Of a stretch of DNA of 36,452 nucleotides, positions 27,102-35,255 are shown one piece after another; positions within the stretch are counted from its first letter, which is position 1, and each line of letters starts with the position of its first letter. This stretch comes from an uncultured Veillonellaceae bacterium (GTDB lineage: Bacteria; Bacillota; Negativicutes; UBA1444). The DNA is taken from assembly GCA_964602025.1 (NCBI GenBank), contig CAZRQI010000003.1, positions 1-36,452 of the forward strand, given 5' to 3'. A program made the position numbers and the translations under genes. Under the pieces are notes generated by a model. It was not told the DNA's origin. It worked only from the letters and a program-made list of their open reading frames with translations, and made no database searches.

Positions 27102-28319
27102 TTATCCCAACAAGGCCGACAGCCCCTGCGCCCAGTTCACCGACTGACGGTACAGTTCCGCCACTTCTTTGTCGGCAATCCCCAGCTTTCGCGCCCCAAC
27201 TGCATATTCGTTCCATTCCGCTTTTTCGTAATGACGCACCAGCGTGTGCAACTGTCCCAAATCGTTATCGCCGCGCAACAGCGCCGCAACGATATCATCA
27301 TCCAGCGGCAATTCCCTGAGAATATCATTCATGGGACGATCCAGCATCGCATCTACCAACGAAAACAATCCAACCAAAAACGCCTGATCGCTCCGTTTGG
27401 CCCAACCGAGCTGGAGCGCCAACAATTCGCCGAATCGCGCCCGAACCAACGACAGCACAACCAATTCGTCCGGTTTATCTTGCGCCATGTTCTGCAAAGC
27501 CAACAGGGAAATCCATTTAAGGATTTCTTTTCTACCCAGCAACACCAATGCTTGTTTGACGGAGGAGACTTTGTTACGCAACCCAAAAAATGCCGAATTG
27601 ATAAATTTCAGCATTTTAAATGATAATGCGACATCCCGGCGAAATATTTGTTCCAGTTTGTCAAAATCGATATCGCTCCGGCTAGCTTCCCGCAGCATAT
27701 TCAAATAATTGATCGTATAGCCAGGAATGTCCCGCCCGGAAAACACTTCCGGCCGGCCAAAAAAGTACCCCTGGAAATATTGATACCCCAAATCTGTTGC
27801 CTGTTTAAAATCATAATAACTCTCGATCTTTTCCGCCAACAGGGCAACCTTGGTCCCCGCCAACTTCTGGACAATATTCCGTCGTTCAGGATCCTTCGTC
27901 TTTATAAAATCAACTTTGACCATATCCGCCACCTGAACCAACAGATCCGATTGTTGGCGGAAAACAAAGTCATCAATCACAACCATGTACCCTTGCTCTT
28001 TGAGCCGTTGGCAGGCCGCCAGGACCTCCGGCCCGACGTCGCCGGTTTCCGACAACTCCACCGCCACGGATTGGGGCGGCAGCATCGTCATCATTTCATG
28101 TTTGAGAAAACGGGGAGTAAAATTTATGAACGCTTTTTTCCCGCAGGTCAAGTCATCCACTACTTTGAGAAAGAAACTGCTGTTGATCACATCGGCAGTC
28201 GCCTGGTCGGCGTCCATTCCCGGAAAAAAATCATCTTCTCCGTTCCTGAATAACAATTCATAACCGATTACCTGCTTTGCCGAATCAAAAATCGGTTGTC
28301 GCGCAACATGCACTTCCAC
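27102..28319 (-). CDS. EAL domain + HDOD domain protein (c-di-GMP phosphodiesterase-type)
   Basis: 405 aa with a GTG start and AGGAGGG 8 nt upstream. EAL-domain landmarks: QPIF...IGYELLFR, FINF, VELSE, VIDDF, KVDF, AEKIES, QGYFFGRP. HDOD follows (FKMLKFINSAFFGLRNKVSSVKQALVLLG). Confidence 0.9.
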   Translation of the reverse strand: MEVHVARQPIFDSAKQVIGYELLFRNGEDDFFPGMDADQATADVINSSFFLKVVDDLTCGKKAFINFTPRFLKHEMMTMLPPQSVAVELSETGDVGPEVLAACQRLKEQGYMVVIDDFVFRQQSDLLVQVADMVKVDFIKTKDPERRNIVQKLAGTKVALLAEKIESYYDFKQATDLGYQYFQGYFFGRPEVFSGRDIPGYTINYLNMLREASRSDIDFDKLEQIFRRDVALSFKMLKFINSAFFGLRNKVSSVKQALVLLGRKEILKWISLLALQNMAQDKPDELVVLSLVRARFGELLALQLGWAKRSDQAFLVGLFSLVDAMLDRPMNDILRELPLDDDIVAALLRGDNDLGQLHTLVRHYEKAEWNEYAVGARKLGIADKEVAELYRQSVNWAQGLSALLG

Positions 28320-28462
28320 CCAAACTTCCCTCCTACCGCTTCGTCAACGTCAACAGGCCTATTCGCCGCAAAAAGTCGACATCGCTATTAAAGTCATTCG
28401 CCTCTTGTATAAAATTCTCCTTCCATTTCCAGAAGAAACAAAACTCCGCGTGAAGTTATTAA

Positions 28463-29641
28463 TTATTTGTCTTCTTCCTGCAACAGCAACGCTTCACAAC
28501 TCTCGTGCGTCGTTCCCAGGAGTGCAAAAGCCCCGGGATGAAGTTTGGGCAGCGTTAGCGCTTTTTTCTGCTTCCAGGCGAAATAGTCGGCAATGTGAAC
28601 AGCGGCCACTACTTCCTTGTGAAAAATTGCTTCATTCAACGGATCATGATGAAACATCGCCGCTTCCACGATCGGATGCGGTAAACTCCACCAATTCAGC
28701 AGAAAGCCTCCCACTTCATCGTGGGAAATTCCCATCAGCGTTCGTTCTGTATCCCGAAAGGTTGCATTCCGGTTTTGAAAAACCGAGCGGTATACGCCGG
28801 AATACGGTTGAGTATAATCCTTGATCAGTAAAATGCGTCCGATGTCGTGGAGCAACCCCGCCGTGGCTTCGTTCTCTTTCATTGTCCGGCCCAAGCAACT
28901 TTCGAAGAGCCGATGCGTGAAACGATTGACTTGGTCGGCATGGCCCCACAGGACATCTTTGGAGAAAAATCCCCCATGCAACCCATCCAATTGTTTCAGG
29001 ACAGACAATCCCAATACGATGGTCTTCAGGTTTGTCAGGCCCATGTACACAATTGCCTGTCTTACTGAACCAGTGCTCATATTGTAATAGACAGAATTGG
29101 CGACTTGCAGAAGCTTCGCGGCAATCGTCTGATCATGCTCGACAAGCTGGGCAATCTCATCCAGGCTGGCGTCGCGTTCCACCAGTGAACTTAAGCGCCC
29201 ATACAGATCCGGCATCGTCGGCAAATCCTTGAGGTTATTAAAGATTTCCAGCAGTTGACGGCGGGAAAACAACTCGCCCAGTTGCAGCAGTTTTTCCACT
29301 TCCCGCACCAGAAGCGCGTTATCCCAGGGTTTGAGTATATACATCCGAGCTGATCCGTCACGCAGGCAGCCAATGACATCCTTTCCTTCCGCAAAGCCGC
29401 TCAGAATCGCCCGCATCGTAGTAGGCGAGCAAGTCCTCACCCGCTTCAAAAACTCATGCCCGTTCATGCCGGGCATCCGCATATCACTGATCACAAGGTC
29501 AATCTGTTCCTCGGCCAGCACTTCCAGGCCTCGTTCACCGCTTTCCGCCGTGAATACCCGGTATCCCAGCGGCAAAAAAATCCTTTGCAGGGCTTTTAAG
29601 ATATTTGTTTCATCGTCCACCAACAACAATGTTTTATTCAA
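28463..29641 (-). CDS. Response regulator receiver + HDOD domain protein
   Basis: The track ORF runs to 29797, which would overlap the upstream gene by 125 nt. I prefer TTG 29641, which has TGGGAG 9 nt upstream and gives (M)NKTLLLVDDETNILKAL.... The receiver shows DLVISDMRMPGMNG and ILKPW. HDOD shows LPTMPDLYGRL...QTIAAKLLQVANSVYY...GLLHDIG. Confidence 0.8.
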   Translation of the reverse strand: MNKTLLLVDDETNILKALQRIFLPLGYRVFTAESGERGLEVLAEEQIDLVISDMRMPGMNGHEFLKRVRTCSPTTMRAILSGFAEGKDVIGCLRDGSARMYILKPWDNALLVREVEKLLQLGELFSRRQLLEIFNNLKDLPTMPDLYGRLSSLVERDASLDEIAQLVEHDQTIAAKLLQVANSVYYNMSTGSVRQAIVYMGLTNLKTIVLGLSVLKQLDGLHGGFFSKDVLWGHADQVNRFTHRLFESCLGRTMKENEATAGLLHDIGRILLIKDYTQPYSGVYRSVFQNRNATFRDTERTLMGISHDEVGGFLLNWWSLPHPIVEAAMFHHDPLNEAIFHKEVVAAVHIADYFAWKQKKALTLPKLHPGAFALLGTTHESCEALLLQEEDK

Positions 29642-29672
29642 TATTTCCAACTCCCATCTGCCCTGTTTCTTG

Positions 29673-30146
29673 TCAATTCCGGGTCGAAGGATCCGGTCGT
29701 TCAATCCTGGCGACAGCTTCAACCGGAGCGACTCCCGCGTACATGACATCGGTGAAAGAGGGAAAATAACGATCCGTCGTCGAAATATTGATCGCAATCA
29801 AGGTTTCCGCCATCCGCGAAGTCAATTCGCCGCCTTCGACATCAATACTTGTTTTATAACGAATTTCACCATCATTCATATCCAGCTCAAAATTACCGAT
29901 GTTCAAGCCATAGTTAATTCGCGACAACAATTCCGCTATCACCAGTCGTTGCGGCTCCGGAACGCGCAGGGGAACAATGCAGTAAAACACAAAAATTTCG
30001 TGTTCCTCGTTGACGCGGCCAAAGCAATCATATCGGGCATTTTTCCCTGAAAAACTAAAACGAATGGCGGATTCACCGGGAATCTCTTCATAACGCCAAT
30101 TATCTTCCTGCAAAAAAGCCGTCACCGAGTCCATGATTCTTCCCAC
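29673..30146 (-). CDS. YbjN domain-containing protein (putative sensory-transduction / chaperone-like)
   Basis: About 157 aa. I prefer GTG 30146, which has GGAGGAGG 8 nt upstream; the track's TTG 30152 is only 2 nt from the SD. The pattern ...FSGKNARYDCFGRVNEEHEIFVFYCIVP...NYGLNIGNFELDMNDGEIRYKTS fits the YbjN family by eye. Confidence 0.7.
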   Translation of the reverse strand: MGRIMDSVTAFLQEDNWRYEEIPGESAIRFSFSGKNARYDCFGRVNEEHEIFVFYCIVPLRVPEPQRLVIAELLSRINYGLNIGNFELDMNDGEIRYKTSIDVEGGELTSRMAETLIAINISTTDRYFPSFTDVMYAGVAPVEAVARIERPDPSTRN

Positions 30147-30345
30147 CGGCAATTCCTCCTCCGCCCATATTCAAAGCTTTCCCGCGTATCATTCTATCAT
30201 TTCGCCTCATTGCCTGCAACGCGCCCCTTCCGTCGAGCCGTTGCCATAATCACAGCCACGCGAGTCTGCCGGCTTTCTTTTGCCCAATAATTGATTATAA
30301 TAGTAAAGTGGATTTTTGTTGGGAAAGGGGGCGCAAGACTCGCCC

Positions 30346-31470
30346 ATGAATAAAAAGATCCTGTTTATTATCTCAGATACCGGCGGTGGGCATCGCAGCG
30401 CCGCCAATGCTATCATCGCGGCCTTATCCGCTTCCGGTCAGGCGGTCCAGTGTGAGATGGTGGACTTGCTGCGGGCCAGCGGCCTGCCTGGAATCCAGAA
30501 CGCTCCCGAACTGTACGCGTTTTTTTCAGCCGGTCATATCTGGCTGCACAATCTGCTGTTCCGTCTCTCGAACAGCGCCCGTTTCATGGATCTTGCCTCC
30601 AACTTGCTATATCGGTTTGCCCGTAGCCGGATTCGCAAAGTTGTCGATAGTTTCAATCCCGACCTGGTGGTCGTCATCCACCCTCTCGCCGTCCGTCCCA
30701 TGTGTTCCTTTCGGGATGAAACGCAAGCGAATTGGCCCGTCATCACGATGGTTACCGATTTGGTCAGTGTTCATGCTTCCTGGATATCCCCCCGCGCCGA
30801 TCTAAATTTGTTGCCAACGCCGGAATCGCTTAAAATTGCCGAACGTTACGGTGTTCCAGCAAGAAAGCTGCGCTTGGTTGGGTTTCCCATCCACCCTCGA
30901 TTCTGCCACACTCAACCTGACCGTTCCGCTATCCGCCGCCAGCTCGGCCTGCCCATCGACCGGTTCACCGTTCTTCTTACCAGCGGCGGAGCTGGCGGCG
31001 GTTCGTTGGCAACCCTGATTGCGGAACTTGAGCGTCAATGCCCTCAGATCACCATTTTAGCGGTCACGGGACGGAATCAGACCCTTTTCAGGAAACTCAG
31101 CGCGCGCAATCCATTACCCGAGAATACCCGAGTGTATGGCTTTGTCAATAACATGGAACAATTGATGATTGCCGCCGACGTGGTAATCACCAAAGCCGGG
31201 CCTGGAACCATTATGGAAGCCGCCGCCCTTTGTCGGCCGCTGCTTCTGACCGGCGCCGTGGGACTGCAGGAAGAAGGAAATATCAACTTTGTTCTGGATG
31301 CCGGAATTGGCAACCATTGTCCCTCGCATTCCGCCGTTTGCCAAATGGTATCGCGGCTGACCGATGAAATTCCACGTCCATGTCCGTCGCAAGAGTTATC
31401 TTTTGCCGGAACCCCGGTCATTGCCGAAATACTGCTTTCGTCATCCCCCAGTAAAGGAGAAAAAAATTGA
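30346..31470 (+). CDS. GT28-family glycosyltransferase (MGDG-synthase / UgtP-like diacylglycerol glycosyltransferase)
   Basis: MNKKILFIISDTGGGHRSAANAI is the MGDG_synth N-terminal signature. The C-terminal half is ...ADVVITKAGPGTIMEA (Glyco_tran_28_C-like). The track start at 30316 (TTG) is also possible. Confidence 0.8.
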   Translation: MNKKILFIISDTGGGHRSAANAIIAALSASGQAVQCEMVDLLRASGLPGIQNAPELYAFFSAGHIWLHNLLFRLSNSARFMDLASNLLYRFARSRIRKVVDSFNPDLVVVIHPLAVRPMCSFRDETQANWPVITMVTDLVSVHASWISPRADLNLLPTPESLKIAERYGVPARKLRLVGFPIHPRFCHTQPDRSAIRRQLGLPIDRFTVLLTSGGAGGGSLATLIAELERQCPQITILAVTGRNQTLFRKLSARNPLPENTRVYGFVNNMEQLMIAADVVITKAGPGTIMEAAALCRPLLLTGAVGLQEEGNINFVLDAGIGNHCPSHSAVCQMVSRLTDEIPRPCPSQELSFAGTPVIAEILLSSSPSKGEKN

Positions 31471-33689
31471 CGGCAGAAAAAACTTCCACAAAATTTCGCG
31501 CTCTCTTTGAGTCCGCCAACGATGCGATCATGATCCTGGGAAACGGCATGATTGTCGACTGCAACGATCGCGCATTGGCTATGTTTTGTTGTCAGCGCAA
31601 CGATCTGATTGGCCGCTCGCCGGCCGAGTGGTCGCCGCCCCAACAAACCGGCGCCGTCGATACGACGGAACAACTGTATAAAAATCTTGCGGCGGCGCGC
31701 CAGGAGCGCACGCTTTCCTTTGAATGGATTCACGTCCGAAAAGACGGCACGCCCTTCCCTGCGGCAGTTTACCTGTATCAGATTGGTTCCAGGCATTCGG
31801 GGCAATTTCTCGCTATTCTGCGCGACATCACCGATCAAAAAAAAATCCAGACAGAATTGCAAACCAATAATGCGAAATTACGGGCGGCGCACACCGAACT
31901 CATTTCCCTGTACCAGCAGCTGGCGGCCTCCGAAGAGGCCATTGGCTTACAACTGACGGAATTAAAAGCCAGCAGAAAGCAACTGGAGATCAGTGAACAA
32001 CGCTATCGTCTGGCGATGGACGCATCCAATGATGCAATCTGGGAAGTTGACCTGGCAACCGATGAACTTTCTTTTTCCGCACAATGGCTGAATCGTTTCG
32101 GCTTGCCTACCAACGAAAATTTTCCGCGCAAATTATGGCTATCGCGCATTCACCCCGATGATCGTTTCCGCGTGGAAGCCGATTTTTGTCGTCATCTTGA
32201 GAAAAAAGCCACGCAATATGATTTGGAGTACCGCGCCCGTTCAGAAAACGGCGACTATGTCTGGCTGCATGCCCGGGGGAAAGTGCTGTGTGGCGACACA
32301 GGCCAACCGGCCCGGGTCATTGGAGCGCTTACCGATATTTCCGACCGCAAACAACGGGATGAACAAATCTATCGAATGGCATATTACGACCAGTTGACGA
32401 GTCTCCCGAATCGCCGCCGTCTGGAACAGCTTCTGAACGAAAAAGACCTTCTGCGCACTTCCGAGGGAGCCCTGTTATTTATCGACCTGGATAACTTCAA
32501 ACTCATCAATGATTCCGCCGGTCATGCCTGCGGCGATGAATTGATTTCCTGCGCAGCCGAACAGTTGCGAAATGCGGTGGGACAATCCCACATCCTGGCC
32601 CGTGTGGGCGGCGATGAATTTATTGTCATTCTGGCGGGAATTTCGCAGCGAGCTTTTATCGACACCTACGCACAACGTCTGATCAACCTGTTTCAAACGC
32701 CGTTTATCTGCCGTGGTCAGCATTTTTACCTATCCGCCAGCATCGGCATCGCCCTGTTCCCGCAAGATGGGAACACTTTGGAAGACTTGCTGAGGAAGGC
32801 GGACAATGCTCTGCACCGGGCCAAAGATGACGGACGTTCCCATTACCGTTTTTTTGAACAATCCATGCATGATTCGCTCTTGCAAAAGCTTACCATGGAA
32901 AGTCTTTTGCGCTCCTCCATTCTAACCAAAGAAGCCTTCCAAATGCATTACCAACCCCAATTGGACTTGAAAACAGACCGCATTGTCGGCATGGAAGCGC
33001 TTATGCGTTGGACTTGCCCGGAACAGGGGAATATTTCCCCCTTGCAATTTATCCCTGTTGCCGAAGAAACCGGGTTAATCGGCGAACTTGGCGATTGGGG
33101 GCTCCAAACCGCCTGCAAATTCTGCCGTCGTCTGCATGACGCCGGGTACACGGACCTTTCGGTCAGTGTCAATGTTTCCGTCAAACAGTTGGCGCAAGAC
33201 AATTATGTGGAATCGGTCGCCGCCGCTCTGGTGGAAGCTGGTCTGCAGCCGGCCGCACTGGAGTTGGAAATAACGGAAAGTACGTTGATCAACGCTTTTG
33301 AATCAAAAGTTAAAAAACTGAATGCCCTGCGGTCCATGGGCATTCGGACCGCCCTGGATGATTTCGGTACAGGCTATTCCTCCTTGACCTATCTGCAACA
33401 GCTCCCCATCCACACCCTGAAGATTGACCAATCCTTCGTAAACCGCATGGGTACTGAAGAAAGTACGCGGACGATTATCCAATCCATTATTTCGCTTGCC
33501 CATCGTCTAGGAATCTCCGTGGTTGCGGAAGGAATCGAAACCGAAGAACAACGGGATTTGCTGCAACAATATGACTGCGACATTATTCAGGGCTATCTGA
33601 TCAGTCATCCGCTTTCTTCTTCGCCGCTGACGACATGGCTCGCAGCGCGCCAACTTTCCGCGAAAACACAAGCCGATATGAAAAGGTGA
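31467..33689 (+). CDS. PAS-PAS-GGDEF-EAL signalling protein (diguanylate cyclase / phosphodiesterase)
   Basis: 740 aa. The TTG start overlaps the GT28 stop (TTGA), with AAGGAG 7 nt upstream. Two PAS modules are present. The GGDEF motif is intact (RVGGDEFIVIL). EAL landmarks are intact (MEALMRW, VNVS, LEITES, LDDFGTGYSSL, KIDQSF, AEGIETEEQ, IQGY). Confidence 0.9.
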   Translation: MTAEKTSTKFRALFESANDAIMILGNGMIVDCNDRALAMFCCQRNDLIGRSPAEWSPPQQTGAVDTTEQLYKNLAAARQERTLSFEWIHVRKDGTPFPAAVYLYQIGSRHSGQFLAILRDITDQKKIQTELQTNNAKLRAAHTELISLYQQLAASEEAIGLQLTELKASRKQLEISEQRYRLAMDASNDAIWEVDLATDELSFSAQWLNRFGLPTNENFPRKLWLSRIHPDDRFRVEADFCRHLEKKATQYDLEYRARSENGDYVWLHARGKVLCGDTGQPARVIGALTDISDRKQRDEQIYRMAYYDQLTSLPNRRRLEQLLNEKDLLRTSEGALLFIDLDNFKLINDSAGHACGDELISCAAEQLRNAVGQSHILARVGGDEFIVILAGISQRAFIDTYAQRLINLFQTPFICRGQHFYLSASIGIALFPQDGNTLEDLLRKADNALHRAKDDGRSHYRFFEQSMHDSLLQKLTMESLLRSSILTKEAFQMHYQPQLDLKTDRIVGMEALMRWTCPEQGNISPLQFIPVAEETGLIGELGDWGLQTACKFCRRLHDAGYTDLSVSVNVSVKQLAQDNYVESVAAALVEAGLQPAALELEITESTLINAFESKVKKLNALRSMGIRTALDDFGTGYSSLTYLQQLPIHTLKIDQSFVNRMGTEESTRTIIQSIISLAHRLGISVVAEGIETEEQRDLLQQYDCDIIQGYLISHPLSSSPLTTWLAARQLSAKTQADMKR

Positions 33690-33697
33690 TGTAAGGC

Positions 33698-35239
33698 ATG
33701 CTGCTAACATTCCTGGCATTGGCGCCCATCCTCTGGTTGTTGATCAGCTTGGGTGTTTTGAAGCTCCCGGCTCACAGAGCCTGTCCGATCGGCTTACTTT
33801 TCAGCCTGGCCATTGCCGTTTGGGTCTGGAGTATGGATGTTCTTCTGGCCGGCAAGGCTGCGCTGGAAGGTGCCTTGTTCGCCTTGCTGCCGATTCTCTG
33901 GGTCATCATTGCCGCTTTTTTCAGCTATAACCTTTCGTTACATACCGGAGCTATCGGTCAAATAAAAAATTTACTGCTGCATTGTTCACCCGACCGCAGA
34001 ATCCAGGCATTGATCATCGCCTGGGGATTCGGCAGTTTCATGGAGGCAGTGGCCGGGTTTGGCACGGCAGTGGCCGTGCCCGCGGCTCTTCTGATCGCGT
34101 TGGGATTTGATCGATTTCGCGCGGCGGTAATCTGCCTAATTGCCAATACGGTTGCCGTTGCGTTCGGCGTTATTGGCATTCCGGTCACCACCCTGGCAAA
34201 AATAACCGATCTGCCGCTTCCGGCGCTCTCATTTGACATTGGTGTACAACTGACCCCATTTGTCTTTCTGGTGCCGCTATTCGTCGTGTACACGGTGACC
34301 GGCGGTTTCATCGGGTTGCGCGGCATATGGCTCGTCACCCTGTCCGCCGGCGCCAGTTTTGGTCTCGTACAATTTCTGGTCTCCCAGTATATCGGGCCGG
34401 AATTGCCGGCAATCGCCGCATCGCTGACATCATCGGCCGTCATTCTGCTCGTGGCAAAACTCTCTCCGCCCGCCAATATTTGGTCATTTCCGAATGATCC
34501 AGCAAATCCAAGACTATCTTCTTCCAACATGGAAAACAAGGTCGATCTCCGGTCACAGTTCATCGCCTGGCTCCCATATCTTCTCTTGCTCTGTTTCGTT
34601 CTGGGAACCAGTCGGATTTTTCCGGCCATAAACGAGTCACTGCGTCATTTGCGGACGGTCTGTATGATTTATGACGGTCCGGGCGGAAAGCCGCTCTCGT
34701 TCGAATGGTTCTTGACGCCGGGAACCTTGGTCTTTGTCGCGGCAGTGCTTGCCGGGTTTGTGCAGGGAGCCTCACCAAAAGATTTGAGGAAACTCGTCGG
34801 CGTTACTGTCCTGCAGCTGCAAAAAACCATCATTACCGTCATCTCGATCGTAAGCATGGCAAAGGTTCTCGGTTACAGCGGCATGATCGGCTCCATCGCC
34901 GTAACGTTGTCGGAAACGACCGGCGCTTTGTATCCGGCGGTTTCCCCGTTGATCGGCGCTTTGGGAACCTTCATCACCGGCAGTGACACCAGTTCCAATA
35001 TTTTGTTTGGCCTATTACAAAAACAAACCGCCGAACAATTGGGAATCAGTCCGGTTTGGATTGCCGCCGCCAATACCAGCGGCGCCTGCATCGGCAAGCT
35101 GATCTCGCCGCAGAGCATTTCCATCGCCGCCACTGCCGCCGGGTTGCCAGGCAAAGAAGGTGACCTGTTATCGGTCACCTTCCGTTACGCCTGTTTCTTT
35201 TTACTTGGGCTTGGCGCACTCACTTTGCTTTTGGCCTGA
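33698..35239 (+). CDS. lctP: L-lactate (LctP/LldP/GlcA family) permease
   Basis: 513 aa polytopic membrane protein. The N-terminal LALAPILWLLISLGVLKLPAH... and later ...GALGTFITGSDTSSNILFG..Q are typical of the lactate permease family. It starts 8 nt after the GGDEF-EAL stop. Confidence 0.85.
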   Translation: MLLTFLALAPILWLLISLGVLKLPAHRACPIGLLFSLAIAVWVWSMDVLLAGKAALEGALFALLPILWVIIAAFFSYNLSLHTGAIGQIKNLLLHCSPDRRIQALIIAWGFGSFMEAVAGFGTAVAVPAALLIALGFDRFRAAVICLIANTVAVAFGVIGIPVTTLAKITDLPLPALSFDIGVQLTPFVFLVPLFVVYTVTGGFIGLRGIWLVTLSAGASFGLVQFLVSQYIGPELPAIAASLTSSAVILLVAKLSPPANIWSFPNDPANPRLSSSNMENKVDLRSQFIAWLPYLLLLCFVLGTSRIFPAINESLRHLRTVCMIYDGPGGKPLSFEWFLTPGTLVFVAAVLAGFVQGASPKDLRKLVGVTVLQLQKTIITVISIVSMAKVLGYSGMIGSIAVTLSETTGALYPAVSPLIGALGTFITGSDTSSNILFGLLQKQTAEQLGISPVWIAAANTSGACIGKLISPQSISIAATAAGLPGKEGDLLSVTFRYACFFLLGLGALTLLLA

Positions 35240-35255
35240 AAATCAACCCTTGCGA

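Noticed and set aside
30329-30345. 5-bp GC hairpin (GGGCG-N7-CGCCC) abutting the GT28 ATG, and a possible riboswitch in the 30153-30345 divergent region
   Set aside because: The stem is too short to claim SD sequestration. The leader after the only TATAAT (about 30294) is roughly 45 nt, too short for a c-di-GMP riboswitch, and I saw no GEMM-like conserved motifs.
31077-31862. 261-aa minus-strand ORF spanning the GT28 / GGDEF-EAL junction
   Set aside because: It lies opposite two well-supported plus-strand genes and shows no recognisable domain. It is a shadow ORF.
33958-34629. 223-aa minus-strand ORF
   Set aside because: It is antisense to the lactate permease gene. The permease frame gives a coherent polytopic membrane protein, and this frame does not.
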